Assembly (NCBI RefSeq): GCF_018977255.1
Contig: NW_024704762.1
Location: forward strand, 2,108,001 to 2,172,000
Source of the DNA: Callorhinchus milii
Lineage: Eukaryota
Direction of reading: 5' to 3'
Length of the DNA stretch: 64,000 nucleotides
Shown: piece by piece, positions 35,461 through 48,589 of the stretch
Layout of the letters: each line of letters opens with the position of its first letter
Position numbering within the stretch: position 1 is the stretch's first letter
Translations under genes and position numbers: made by a program
Notes under the pieces: model-generated
What the model was told of the DNA's origin: nothing
Seen by the model: the letters and a program-made list of their open reading frames with translations, nothing else
The model's database searches: none

Positions 35461-35842
35461 TATGTTACAGTAAAGTTGTGAAACCAGGGATTTCGCGAAA
35501 TTACTGAAATTTCCAGTCAAATTGTGAAGCCGTGAAATCACAGAAATTAGAAGTCAGGGGTTTTGTGACGAGGCGATCATTTCATTATATTGATAACTTT
35601 GCCTTGAAACTTGTGAGCATTGTGAAGCTGTTATTGCGAGCTCTGTTTGTGGTGGACAAGGCTTTACGAAATGTAACTGCGGTCAAGAGAAACGTCAAGC
35701 GAACCGTTGCAAATAATAATACTAATAATAATAAGTAGACAAAGAACCATTGTAAATGCTCAAAGCAAAGCTGAAATATTGCTCCTGGTGTCATGGAAGC
35801 CTCACTTGTCATGGAAAATATTAGAATATTTGACTCACCAGT

Positions 35843-35930
35843 GACAGAGACACAGCCAGACAGACAGACAGACAGCCAGCCAGACAGACAGACAGACAGA
35901 CAGCCAGCCAGACAGACAGCCAGACAGACA
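35843..35930. repeat. (GACA/GCCA)n tetranucleotide repeat
   Basis: Seen directly. Confidence 0.9.
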
Positions 35931-36279
35931 AAGGATTGGAAGAGATTAAGTAAAACAACTTGAAGTGATATTGGACATAAATTGACGGGATGAAATGGAT
36001 TAAAAGAGATTACTTTTCTCACACAGAGCGAGTCCTGTTCGCATAAACCAGAGAATGGTTTACGCGAAACGGCTGTTGTAGTTGAATCCTTAACAGTATT
36101 TGAAAGGGGTAAACACTGGAGGAAAAATAATATCCCATTTTTATGGGGAAAGAGTGGGGGATTTGAGTAGCGAGCTCCAGCAAGGGGGTGGGGTATAGGA
36201 GGGGGGAAAGAAGGGGCAGTGTCAGGACACACGATAGCTAAGTGGTCTCCTTTCCTGGGTTGTAATTTGTAGGATTTAG

Positions 36280-36502
36280 CAAACGTATGGAACAGGCTCC
36301 CCAGGGAGACAGACGGGGGGAGCAGGAAGTGCCAATTCTTTCAAGAACAAGTTCGATCAATTTCCGTTAGGGAATAATATCCGGGGATACAGTATATTCG
36401 GGGACACGACATGTGTGCAAGCGACTGCCAGGATGGTGGAAGGCAAACTGGATGGCACCTCGGAATCCTTTCTTCCAGCAACGTTTGCGTTCTTACGTTC
36501 TA
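36280..36502 (+). mobile_element. CR1 LINE 3' end (second 3'UTR family)
   Basis: VWNRLPRE...FKNKFDQF, then a UTR shared with 590-717 and 51035-51172. Confidence 0.7.
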
Positions 36503-37111
36503 ACGCAGCCGCCTCAAATCACTCGCAAGGTACCTTCCCTGCGACACGAGCTGAAATACTTTGAACACGTCGAATTAGCGCTTGGCGCTTCGCCCAGAAA
36601 AGTGCAACATTTTCCAAGCGACGAGCACCATTAGCAACAAGAGGCGCAGAGAGAAGTGTGCAGGTCCTCTCCGCTGTGAGACCTTTCTTCTCTGCCGATG
36701 TCAATGAGCTGAGTTGAAGGATCTCAGTTTAACAGCTACGAGGGATGAAATATTCACAATCACAATCTGGAAATTGTTTCTGTGGCAGAGAGCGGTTCAA
36801 ACGAGAGCTCCTCCACCACAAATGGGTGTTGACCGGTGTTGTCATCGCAGTGCGAATTGGATAAATACTTCAGGAGAATTAATAGGCTATTAGCGGTTAG
36901 AGGAGAGAGCAAGAGAATGAGGTTAAGAACAGATGATAATAATAAGTCCCACGCCACAAATTAAATAATAATAATAATAATACAGCGCCTTTCACATCAC
37001 ATTGTTTCACCCACAGCATACGCAGTCAATTCACTTGCTCTACAGTGTATCCTGTGAAACACTTTGAGACGTCTTAAAGATGTGATCAGGCGCTATATCA
37101 AATGCAATGAT

Positions 37112-37542
37112 TATTATTGTTATCGCTATTAGATCACGAGGACATCTTAAAGTGCTTGAGAGGATTTTACTGTAAAGTGTAGTGACTGTGTGTATTTTGT
37201 AAGCAAACACTGCTGCTAATTTGTGCTCCGTAATGTCCAATAAACAGACATGTAGTGAATGGCCAGTTGTATCTGGGGAATTGTTGGCCAGGACACTGGG
37301 AGAGAGAAATTCCCTTCTCGTTTCAAGTAGGGCTATGGGATCCTTGACGTCCACCCGGACAAACCAGAGGGACCTCGGTTTAAGGTCTCATCCCAAGGAA
37401 CGACATCTCCGACCATGCAGCGTTGCACTTGATCCTTAGCCTGGGTTCAGAGTCCTGATGTGGGGGTTCAAACCCATGACCTACTGACCCAGAGGCGAGA
37501 GCGAGAGTGAGACCGAGAGCGAGCGACTGAGCCAGACTGACG
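37112..37542 (-). mobile_element. Deu-domain SINE (family B), near full length
   Basis: Head, Deu block and tail on the minus strand; tail-to-tail with a plus-strand SINE tail at ~37005-37120. Confidence 0.85.
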
Positions 37543-38030
37543 TGCCACACTTAATCACGAAGGAGGAGGGAGAGTAGGTGTTGACACAGACGAGCAGCTG
37601 CAGTCAGCATCTCCTCAGCGATGGCTATGAGATTGCTTTTGCGACTCCCCTCAATCTTCCTCCTGTTGACAGTTACTGCAAATGAAGTTCCTCCGTGTGT
37701 GACCCTCCCTCCCCTTTCTCTCCACAGCGGGTGGCGGGGGGGGGCGGGGAAACCTCACATCCACTACCACAGATTGCGACAGACCATCCGGGCAAAGTCG
37801 CCTCACATTCCAAACACCAATAATAATAATAATAAAAATAATAATAATAATCTTTGCATTTGATATAGCACCACACCACGTCATTGCGACATCTCAAAGC
37901 GCTTCGCAAGATATACTGCAATAATTTGCATTTATATAGTGCCCTTCACACCGTACGGCATTTTGGAGCTGTTTGAAGTGAAGTGGAGTAAACGTATTTG
38001 ATGATTTTTAGATGGGCTTTGAAAGCGACG

Positions 38031-38150
38031 GGTTAGAGCCGGAGTAAAGCTCCCACTACGCTGTCTGTCCACACTCCCAGGTCAGGGACAGCACAGGTTA
38101 GAGACGGAGTAAAGTTCCCTCTACTCTCTCTGTCCACACTCCAAGGTCAG
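38031..38150. repeat. 65-bp tandem repeat, ~1.8 units
   Basis: GGTTAGAG(C/A)CGGAGTAAAG(C/T)TCCC...CTGTCCACACTCC(C/A)AGGTCAG starts at 38031 and 38096. Confidence 0.85.
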
Positions 38151-38499
38151 ACCCAGTCGGAGAAAAGAACTCTGTTTACGGGAATGGAATAATGTTTCTA
38201 ACATGAATTGGCCATCTTCCTGTTGCTTGCCCGGTGACACTCAGAGACCACTCTCACCATGTCCCACCATCACATCTCTGCGGTGGACTTTTTTCCTCCA
38301 AGCTTGAGAGCTGCTTGAGAGAGACGAAAGCTTGAAGCCACGTCCTGTGAGTGTGCTGGAACTTCCTGGGTTGATTTCGCCAGTCATGACACCAGTACCA
38401 AGCCCACACACACTGGAGACAGGCGCTGGCATTACCTCTGCTCCGGAAGCCTTGGATAAAGTTTTGAAAGACAGCTTCTCCTCCTCTCAGTCCCACATC

Positions 38500-39070
38500 C
38501 GTCCTCCAGATAAGATGTTACACCGAGGTCCCATCTGCCTGTTCAAGTGGACGTTAAAGATCCCATGGCCCTATGTTCAAAAAGAGAAAGGAATATCTCT
38601 CTCGCTCCCAATGTCCTGACCAACAAACCCCCCAAATAAAACTGGTCATTCACTTTGTGGCTGTTTGTGGGATATTAATATGGCCTCTGCATTCGCCTAC
38701 AAATACACAGTCACTACACTTGGTAATAATAATAATCCTTGCATTTGGTATAGTGCCTTTCACATCAGGAGAATGTCACAAACTGCTTCACAGATATATT
38801 GCAGATGATTATTTTATGTTTTGTTCAAGTGGATGTTAAGGATCCCATATCACTATTTGGGTTCTCCCAGGGTTCAGGCCAACAATGCCCCAAATAAAAA
38901 TTGTCCAGTCACTTCATGGCTGATTGCAAGACATTGCTGTGTGCAAATTAGCTGCTGCATTCGCCTAAATACACAGTCACTTCACTTCACAGTAAAAATT
39001 TTGTGAAGCGCTGTGAGGCGTCTTCCTGGGGCAAAAGGCACAATATCCAATGTAGGGATTATTATATTGT
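38500..39070 (+). mobile_element. Two family B SINE 3' halves with an antisense SINE tail between them
   Basis: Deu blocks at ~38505 and ~38822. Confidence 0.75.
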
Positions 39071-39654
39071 TATTACAACCAAATTCAACAATATTCTGAA
39101 TTCTGGATTCTCAGCATGTGGAGTTATTAGAGTAAATCTAGAGCCAACTGGAATTTTCTTCCCAAACTATTACAATAATTCCAGCTGTACTCCTCTGAGA
39201 CAACTGTTGACAACTATTGAGCCTTGTATCTGAACATCTGGCTCTTTGGTGGTGCAGTAATAGGCCCTGAACATCTGCTTCTGATAGATGGAAAGTGGGG
39301 GGGGGGGGTGGGGGAGTCAAAGGTCTGACTTGGCGTGGGAGACAGACTTCCACTTGGATAATGTGACTCATTTGTCTATTCCTTTGTTGGTCTGGTTGGG
39401 TTTGATTGGGTTGGATTGGGAGCAAGTGGTGCATAGGTGCTACATGCCTGAGCCAAGCTGCGATCCCAAATGTAGGCTGACATTCCAGTAATGTTCCGAT
39501 CCCCAACAGAGTTACGTTTTGATACAGTGCAACGAAGGTCCCACGAGCTGCCATGGAGTGAGTGATTGCTGGCTAGGATAATGGAAGAAACTCCCTGCTC
39601 TTTTCGAGTAGCGCCATGGGGGTCTTTAACATCCACAAGGACAGGCAAACGGGA

Positions 39655-40050
39655 CATTACCTAATCATCTCAATCAAAGGACGGCAGCTCCACTGTAAAG
39701 TGGATTGACTGTGTATCTTGCAGGTGAAATGTGGCAGCCAATTGCGCCGAGGAATGGCCCACAAACAGCCATAATGTGAGCGACCGATTTGTTTTATTTT
39801 GGGGGATTTTTGGCCGGAAGACCGGGAGAAACTCGCTTCCCTTTTCAAATAGCGTCGCGGGATCTTTAATATCCACTTGAACAGGCAGACAGGACCTCGG
39901 TTTAACGTCTCATCCAAAGGACGGCACCTCCAATAATGCAACAAAACCGCAGCACTGAATTGGAGCGTCAGCTTAGACAATGAGATTCCAAGTCCCGATG
40001 TGGGGCTTGAACCCACAACCGTCTGACTCAGAAGTGAGAGCGTCAGCCTG
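39655..40050 (-). mobile_element. Deu-domain SINE (family B)
   Basis: GGACCTCGGTTTAACGTCTCATCCAAAGGACGGCACCTCC and the head on the minus strand. A further B fragment lies at 39540-39700. Confidence 0.88.
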
Positions 40051-40648
40051 AGACACACAATGTAAACCCTCAACAACTTTATTATAACCCCTGGGCATAC
40101 ATGTGTCAGACTCCATACCTCGACTGTCGGTAATTATTTTTTCAGAGGTAAGGTGAGGTTCTTATTAATATTCTCATTAAATATACTAGTCGTCTGCTGC
40201 TCTTGGGGGAAAAAAAGACCTTTCAGTTCCACTCCAACCATCTTAATTAAATAACCACAAGTTTTTTGATAAGTTAGCTTACATGTAAAAAAAATTGTCG
40301 TTCAATGAGATCGAGCATTAAGGAGAACTAGTTCACTTGTTTGAGTCGTGGTGAGATTTTGACCTTTGACTACACCGGTGGAAGTTCAACGTAATTGATG
40401 ATTAAGTTGCTCCAGCAACAATTATGAAACTGTATCATCTGCTGGGAAAGACTTGAGGAGTTCCTGACAGTCTTGCTCAGAGATGGATGTCTCAGCCTGA
40501 CTCAACTGGTATCACTCATACCTCTGACGCAGAAGCTTGTGAATCCAAGCCCCATGTTGGGGAATTTGACCTCACAGTTTAGGCTGACGCTCCAATGCAG
40601 TGATGGGGTGGGTGGAAGGGTGGGGAGGGGGGCAGGGGGATCGCTGCA

Positions 40649-41071
40649 TAATAATAGTCCTTGCTATTGATATAACACCTTATCACATCATCGAAACGTC
40701 TCAAAGCGCTTCACAGAATATACTGCAAAGTGAATTGACTGTATATTTTGTGGGCGAAACGGCAATCGCGCACAGCAGCGTCCCACAAACTGTCGTGGAT
40801 TGAGTGACTTATTATTATTAACTTATTAATAAAGTTATTATTGTATTTATTATTTATTAATAAAGTTATCATTGTATTTATTTGTTTGTGTTTAATTGTT
40901 ACCCGAAGAAAGCGATCCGCCAATCGACGAAGAACCAGGTTCCTACCTACTGCAAGTGAACAGAAGCGTCTGGAGTAAGGAAACTAAAGGTTTCGCCCTC
41001 CACCTCCCCCAAAGGGAATCAAATCCAGGTCCTCTCACTTGTGAGACAAGTGCTCTAACTATCAGGATTCC
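40649..41071 (-). mobile_element. SINE family A with an expanded internal AT-rich linker, inserted in a family B head (40487-40648)
   Basis: A head at ~41070 and tail at ~40650; TTATTAATAAAGTTAT duplicated in the linker. Confidence 0.85.
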
Positions 41072-41647
41072 ACACTTGGACTTTGGACAGGATTTTAGGA
41101 CAGGAAACCCACAATGGATCCTGCCAGTATAGACATGACCAAACAGACATCTATATTTAATAGGATTCTTCCCCTCTGTACATGGTTGTTGGTTACTGAC
41201 TCAGTCCTCGGCTGGTGAGAGAGGAAGGAGCAAGACTCCTTGCTAGTGAGACAAGTGCTCCAACTACTACACTACAGACCTGCTACAATGTTATTAGGCA
41301 CCATCCCTTGGACGTGCTCTTAAACTGAGGTCCGGTCTGCCTGTTCAAGTGGACATTAAAAGATCCCAAGGCAGTATTTGGAACGACTTGGCTATTTGCT
41401 GGACAATCGCTGTGTACAAATACCCAGTCACTGCACGGTGCAGGTATTGACAGTAATTACTATAGAGCATGTTTATTGGTTGCTGATGTATTTAAAGTCC
41501 ATATTTCAAGCGACTGTTAAAACTTTCAGACACAGCAGTAAAACAGTTGCGGTGTTGAGACGTTAATTAAATTAAGGAACACACTAAGGAATACCACAAA
41601 TTTTACTCCAATATGTTTATATGGTGTTATTCAGTGAGAGCTGAGGG

Positions 41648-41900
41648 GGTTGCCAATGGCTCAGTTCAGTCACTCACGATCCACTGAGTGGGATTGAGTT
41701 GCACAGATCACCCCAGGATCCATTCCCGGCCTGCGCCTCGTTCATGACCTTGTTTGAAGTGATGCAGTTGGCCTCAGTGTCAGTGGGCTAAAGAGGGGAG
41801 GATCAGCTAGGATTCCCACCTCGGATCGGGATCAAATGGCTTCCGCGCGTGTGTGGGTGTCAGCTACAGCACAATCAGACTTGGCTGTGATGTGCTCAGT
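41648..41900 (+). mobile_element. AmnSINE2-like ancient tRNA-SINE, decayed
   Basis: TTGGCCTCAG...TGGGCTAAAGAGGGGAGGATCAGCTAGGATTCC...GTGTGTGG...GGCTGTGATG resembles the recalled AmnSINE2 consensus; not searched. Confidence 0.55.
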
Positions 41901-42739
41901 TGCCAAATACTCTGTCAACATCATCCAACCTGCAAGTGACCTCTTGGCTTGTACCTTTGACTATCCCCCCATCTCTTACTCCCTCCCACTCCTCATCTCT
42001 CACCCTGATCTCCCACTGCCCGTCCCCATCTGCTACCTTGCTCCAGTCTGCGCTCCCTCTCATTAAAGCAACTTGAAGACATTACCCCCGGGTGAAAGGT
42101 GCGGTGTAAGTGTGACAAATTAGTGTTGGGAAATGATACAGTAACCTGTAGTAATCTCCCCCCCCCCACCATTTCCCTCCCCTCTCCCCCTCCTCCGTTG
42201 AGTGCCGTTGTGCGTTGTGGACAGCCAGACAGCGCCCACTCTTTCTCCGATCAGCAGGTTGCTGGCAGCTGTAATCCTGGACATCCGACCGACCTCCCAA
42301 CATCAAAACAGGCCTTTCATTCCGGGGACAAGTGTTGTCCTCAGGGTGAGGTGGCAACTGCTGTAGCCTGGGACCCAGAGGCAGCACAGACAATGCGGGA
42401 TCCTGTGTACAGTAAACATCTGTTTAGCTGAGCAGCTGTTGCTCTTTGGGAGGTAAATGTGGGAGGTCAGCTGCTCGATACCAGCCTCCCCTTATATCCT
42501 CTTTCCTTCCTCTCTTGAACGTTCCTTCGCTTTTGAACGGAATTAAAGGGGAAGTCCAGGGTCTGGAAACGAGGAAATGTCCCGAGCGCCCCCCGTGATT
42601 GTCTCTCGATGCTTATCGTCCTGTGCGGCCTGGTTCTGAAGTTCCATCGAAAGCCGCAACAAAGTTTTTAAACGCGCGGATTTCTTGCGCCTTCGCACCA
42701 CAAAAAAAAGGCCTTTAATCTTAATAATAGTAAGAAGAG

Positions 42740-43008
42740 GAATACTTGCATTTGACAACGCTAATTTGAGACGTCTCAAAGCGCTTCACAAGATATATTG
42801 TTCAGGGGATCAATTGTGTATTTTGTGGGCAGAACACGGCAGCCAATTGCACACAGAAATGTCCCACAAACAGTGGTGGATTGAGTGACCCAATTTTTTT
42901 TGAGGGCTTATTACCCCCGGAAAGCAATCCGCCAAACGACTTAACAACCGGGTTCCTACTGACTGCTCGGTAAACAGAGGCATATGGAGTAAGGAGACTT
43001 GCCCAAGG
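42740..43008 (-). mobile_element. SINE family A, 5'-truncated
   Basis: Body and tail on the minus strand, ending at ACTTGCCCAAGG. Confidence 0.82.
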
Positions 43009-43439
43009 CCTTGAATGTCTCACGTCTTTTGTCATAGTTCACTTCCTTTACAGTTGACTTCAGCCCCGCTGCTCTCCAAAGGGCTTTGCTCTTTGACAAC
43101 TGTATATGCTACTTTGTTACCCCCCCCCCCCCAGCCCCCTCTCCCTACGGTTATTTTATTCATAATTTAATGATTAAAACTTACCACCGGAATTTCCCTT
43201 CTCTTTCCTAATCCTAATCCTGCTTTGAATTCACTTTGATAATAATAATAACAATAATCATTGCATTTGATACAGCACCGTATCACGCCATTAAGACGTC
43301 TCAAAGTGCTTCACTGAATATATTGATTGTAAAGTGAATTGACTGCGTATTTTGTGGGCAAAATACGGCAACCAATATTCAACTAATTCTTTATTCAACT
43401 AATTCAGAACTCCTCCGCCCGGATTCTCACCCACACAAA

Positions 43440-43860
43440 ACTCCGTACCCCCATCACACCAGTCCTTGCCAGGCTCCATTGGCTCCCAACTACTGAATGG
43501 AGCGATTTCAAGGTCTTCTCACTCGTTTTTGAATCCCATCATGCCCTCGTACCTCCCTACCTCTTCAATTTGCTTACCCCGCACTCCACCAACCACTGCC
43601 TCTGCTCGGCTTCCTGTTTGTCTCATTGCTTGTCGGCCTCCCCAGCTCCTCCCTCCAAAGGTTGCAGATCATTCAGAACTCTGCAACCCGTGTCGTCTCC
43701 CGCACCAGGCTCCGTGACCCATCCTCGCCCAACTCCACTGGCTTCCCATCACTCAGAGGATACAGTTCAAGATCCAGGTCCTCACCGTCAAAGCCCTCCA
43801 TGGTTTTGCTCCCCCCCTACCTCGGTGACCTCCTAACCCACTACCATCCTGTTCGGTGTC
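43440..43860 (+). mobile_element. L2 ORF2 fragments, rearranged
   Basis: PITPVLARLHW and LVGLPSSSLQRLQIIQNSATRVVSRT motifs. Confidence 0.8.
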
Positions 43861-45107
43861 AGACTCTTCCCTCCTTCCTACACTCTTCAACCCTCCTCAC
43901 CTCCCTCATGCCTCCTGTAGATTTCTTAATAAAAATGAAAACACCACGTGTGACATTCATCAGCTCATTGGACCTCTGAGATGTGGTTTGATGGAGATCT
44001 GCTTCAGGTCCTTATATGGACATAACAGAAAGTAGCTCAACATTGCCAAGTTAAGCAGCTGTTTCCCTTGAACAACAGGGCCGAGAAAGTCCTCACTAAA
44101 CAAACAGTCTCTAGCAACCGCCCTGACAACCAGCCGTTGACCCAAACCAACAATTAATCCTCCACTCATGGCAGAGTCCAAGGAATTTCTTGTCTACCTG
44201 GGTTGACTGGTTCTGTGCATTTCGAGCTCACGCACCATGACGTTGATTAATGGTAAAGGAATATCAGCTATAAATAAACGATCAACATCCTAAGACACAA
44301 TAACATGTGTTTGTTTGTTTTGTAGAAAAAGAACGGGCTCTTTCTTTACGCCTCCTTGCTCCCTGTTAAAGTTAATTTACTTTTCTGTTTCATTGGCTTG
44401 ACCCCGTGACATTTTCTTCTCCAACAAGAATCCTCCTGTTCCAATACAAACATCCCAATTCATGTTGGAATTTTTAGTGGAGTCTTTCCTTACAATAACC
44501 ACGGCAGTCCCAGATTCCGTGAGGTCCCGTCTGCTCGTTCACACGGGTGTTAAAGCTCCCATGACACGATTCAAAAAGAGAAGGGAGTTTCTCTCTACAG
44601 GTGTCCAGGGGCCAACAATCCCCCAGATAAAATTGGATGTTCACTCCATGGCTGTTCAAAGACATGTTTGGTATGATATCTTTCATGTCAGGAGGACGTC
44701 TCAAAGCGCTTCACAGGATTTTAATGTGAAGCAAAGTGACTGTGTATCTGTGGTTCCTTGCTGTGGGACCTTTTCTGCCAGGTTTGTCTGTAACTGCAGC
44801 ATCAGTAAAATTGCCTGGGAAGCCATTCGAAATGAGGGGCGCAGTATTGAACGCGAAGGTTGTTATTTTGTATTATTGCCAGTGATAATTAGCATATCAC
44901 ACCCGGCAATTTTCGCCCCAAGCTTACAGTGTTTCCAAACAATCTAACAATGTCCCTTCCTCAAGCTAAAATTGGGTTCGAGGCTGCCTGCTGGTTTGCA
45001 TCAAGGAGAAATTCACAGCCTCTTTCGTGCCAACGCAAGGTGTGTCCAGGCTGGGCAGATCTGAGAATAATGGTGTGCGGACTCGCAATTTACTTAAATG
45101 GGAAATA

Positions 45108-45375
45108 ACAATCCAACAAAATGACATTTACACAGCGCTTTTCATGTCAGGAGGACATCCTAAGGTGCTGGACAGTAAGGGATTTGGACCCGAGCTGGGG
45201 GTTGGGATCAGGAGAGATGGAGAGCAGGGAGGGTAGGGGTAGGAGGGTGACCGAAGGCACGGTCGACGAGAAGGGTCTTGAGGTGAGCCTTGAAGGAGGC
45301 AAGGGGTGGGGGGGGTGAGGGGGACGCAATGCAAAGGGACGGTGGGATGGGGTTCCAGAGGGTGGGGGCAGAGAG
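45108..45375 (-). mobile_element. L2 LINE 3' end
   Basis: SAPTLWNPIP...SFKAHLKTLLVDRAFG on the minus strand; stem-loop. Confidence 0.88.
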
Positions 45376-45974
45376 GATAAATAGTCTTGAATTTGGGCAA
45401 AGTGATAAGATCAAGAGCTCTGCGGAAGCCAATTAAACTGCGATAAACTGCAGGAGAGCGTCTTTATAACAAGTCACAAACTATTGTTCTGTTTGATGGC
45501 TGCTGATGTAATTACAAAGTTACACTGACATTTTAATCACCGTGTTATTTATTATACCCCAGCGTCACTTACAGAGCCACGCTCAAACACAATCCATCAC
45601 ACGTGCATTATCACAGAATTGCTTTCTTATTTATGGAAAAGCCTGGAGTTAAACATTGCTGAATGGGAAAGTTTCTGCAATTAATTTGCAACGCGGATCG
45701 CGTTAATCAGTTTAAGCGGATTTGGAACTGGGACAATTCCATGTTTTGGTAGCAAAGTCTTGCTCTTGTTCTGCCCAAATGCTAAGGCTAATCAGCCAAG
45801 CTGAGACCCCCAGTGCTGGGAAATATCATGGTTTCTGTTTCAAACATCCAACCTCAGCATCCAACACACCTCACCGTGGACTAGAGGCAGAGCAAAGCTC
45901 CCTCTACACTGTCCCTAGTCTCAGAAGAGCACCCACTACTGCACCAGACTAACACCCTCTGTTCCCCGCATTAT

Positions 45975-46058
45975 CCTGACCCAACTGTCCAGTGCCTTGG
46001 GACATCCTCCCACGTGAAAGGCGCACTATAAATGGAATCTTGTTGTTGTTGTTGTTGT
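45975..46058 (+). mobile_element. Very short L2 3' end of the young subfamily
   Basis: CCTGACCCAACTGTCCAG...ATAAATGGAATC(TTG)n, as at 19352-19440. Confidence 0.85.
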
Positions 46059-46451
46059 ATCTTTTCCTGTGGCCTCTCAGTGCGAGATCGACAATTTGGT
46101 GCTGAATTCAGGGCAGGTTTGTGCTGTGATCCCCACACCCTCAGCCCGGCCCGAAACCTCCTCTCACACAAGGAGCCTCTAAAGCCGCATGCACATCTGA
46201 CATCCTGCCTCACACATGGCTCCAATGGTGAGCAGTTCAAAGGCTTAGCGAGTGTATCAGACACAATCCATGTGGAAGCTGACAGGATGAAATCGTAGCT
46301 GCCGCAGGAATCACTCTCACTGCTCCTGGGTTCAGGAGAAGGGAATCAGCCAGGGCTCCTGTTCCTGATAACTAACGGGATGATGAGATAAGGGGAGGAG
46401 GAGGAGAGGCCAGGAACCAGGAGAGTTGGGGCTAGAGGGATGGGTCCCATA

Positions 46452-46778
46452 GTATTAGTGGTTAGCGCTTTCACCTCGCAAGTGAGAGGATCAGGGTTCA
46501 ATTCCCGGGTGGGGTGAAACATTGGGCAAGTTTCCTCACTCCACACGCCTCTGGTTACCTAGCAGTAAGTAGAAACCCAGTTGTTAGTTGATTGGCAGAT
46601 CCCTTTCCGAAAAACATTTTAGTCACTCAATCCACGACTGTTTGTGAGACACTGTTGTGCCCAATTGGTTGCTGCCCAAAAAAACATAGTCAATTCACAT
46701 TACAGTACATCCTGTGAAGCGCTTTGAGACGTCTCAACGACGTGATAAGGCGCTATGTCAAATTCAAGGATTCTTATC
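46452..46778 (+). mobile_element. SINE family A, near full length
   Basis: tRNA head, body and tail. Confidence 0.87.
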
Positions 46779-47247
46779 ATTGTTCAGGAGAGGAAGGGGG
46801 TGGATGAGTCTCCACATACACTCTGTACCTGATGTTCAGACGGACATTAATGTCTTGCAAGGAAAGATTTTCCCCCTACCCCTATACTTCTCCAACCACC
46901 TCCCCCACCAGCACCCCCCTCCCCACACACACACACACAAACACACGTGCGCGGCTGGATATTAAGCGGGGTCGAAGGAAAGAAATAAAACGAAAAGAGC
47001 CCGGGAGGAATGTTGCAAAACAGTCACGAAGAAATGAAAAAAAATACTGAAATTCCATTATTCATCAAGGAAGGTGTTTGTGGAGCTGTCAGGCTGTTAG
47101 ATGTAACATAATTCACACCTTGACTAACTGTGCAGTGTGTTTGCAAGACGTGGTTTGGAATAGACTTGGTTTGAAATCTCACCTTCTCAGTAATTGGGCT
47201 TTGCTGATGACTCAGTGAAGTAATGAGCTGTCTCGCCTGGTACAGAG

Positions 47248-47281
<34 letters not shown>

Positions 47282-47729
47282 GCGTGTGGACAGTGCCAAA
47301 GAAATAAGCTGTGACAAGAGACTGCATCACCTACCAAATACACAGTTACTACAACGACAACAACTTGCATTTATACAGCGCTCATCACGCAGGGTAGTGG
47401 CCCAGAGCACTTTGCTAAAGTGATGCCTGTGAAGCGCTTTGAGACGTCCTCCCGAGTTGTAGTAATTGAGAGGATTACTTATACTGTTATATTTGCAAGT
47501 GAGGGGGTTCGATTCCCGGACAAGGCGAAACCTTCGGCAAGTTTCCTTACTCCACACGCTTCTATTTACCCAGCAGGAAGTAGAAACCTGGTTGTTAGTC
47601 GATTGGTGGATCATTTTCCGTTAGTGATAATCCCTGGTAAGCGACGAGATACGGCACTGTATCAAATGCAAGGCTTATTATTATTAGTTATATCTTTAGG
47701 CCTGGTTTACAGGGGTTATATTAAAACAA

Positions 47730-47965
47730 TAACAAGATTGGTTTGGATGAAGAAGGTCCACCTGATCTCATCTTTCCAGAACACCCACCTTATCAATCCC
47801 TCATCACAACATTGAGGTGTTGCTTAAACGAGTTCTGACCTCAACGACCCTTCTTGCTAAAGTATTACAGTTGTTAATTACCCCTCTGAGTAAATCAACA
47901 CTTCTTAGTGTCTGGCCTGAAATTGCCCTTGTAGTTCTAAAGTTATATCCTCTTGTTCTTCTGTC
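47730..47965 (-). mobile_element. CR1 LINE 3' end, decayed
   Basis: Reverse complement resembles 1190-1430 (CTTCTTCATCCAAACCAATCTTG). Confidence 0.65.
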
Positions 47966-48589
47966 TCAATGTCTACTCTGAAATTGGTGCTCAGAACAAC
48001 AGAAGGTAAAGGGACCATTTCATTAAGGAAATGAAAGGAATTGACTGTTTAGACAGTAGACACCTCTTCCCTCTGGCAGAGGGGGAAAGCCTTAAACGCA
48101 GAATCTTAAAATTAATTTTTCTCTCCTGGTGTGCTGGCCAATAATCCCCCAAATAATATTGGTCACTCCCTCCATGGCTATTTGTAGGACACTATTAATA
48201 ATAATCCTTGTATTTGATATCACGTTTTATCATGTCTTAAAACGTAAGCACATCATAGGATATACTGTACAGCAAATTGACTATATTTTGTGGGCAAAAT
48301 TTCTTGCATTTGACATAGCATCTTATCTTGTTGTTGAGATCTCAAAGTGCTTCACAGAATATATTGTAGATTGACTGTGTATTTTTGTGGGCGAAATTGG
48401 AATAGACGTGTAAGTCTTGAATTAAATGGAAGTATTATAATTATAATGATGATGATTCCTATTACCATGTTGGATGGTCTGGCTGGAAGCGGATAATCAC
48501 TGGAAATGTCCCTCAACACATTCTGGACAGGATTCAGAACATCAGCTGCAGATAACACAATACAGCCAACAAGAAGTAACACGTACATT

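Noticed and set aside
34610..35541. Arg/Glu-rich and Ser/Leu-rich ORFs (similar His/Thr ORFs at 12539-12956 and Val/Cys ORFs at 3353-3752)
   Set aside because: They are translations of GA, CA and TG microsatellites.
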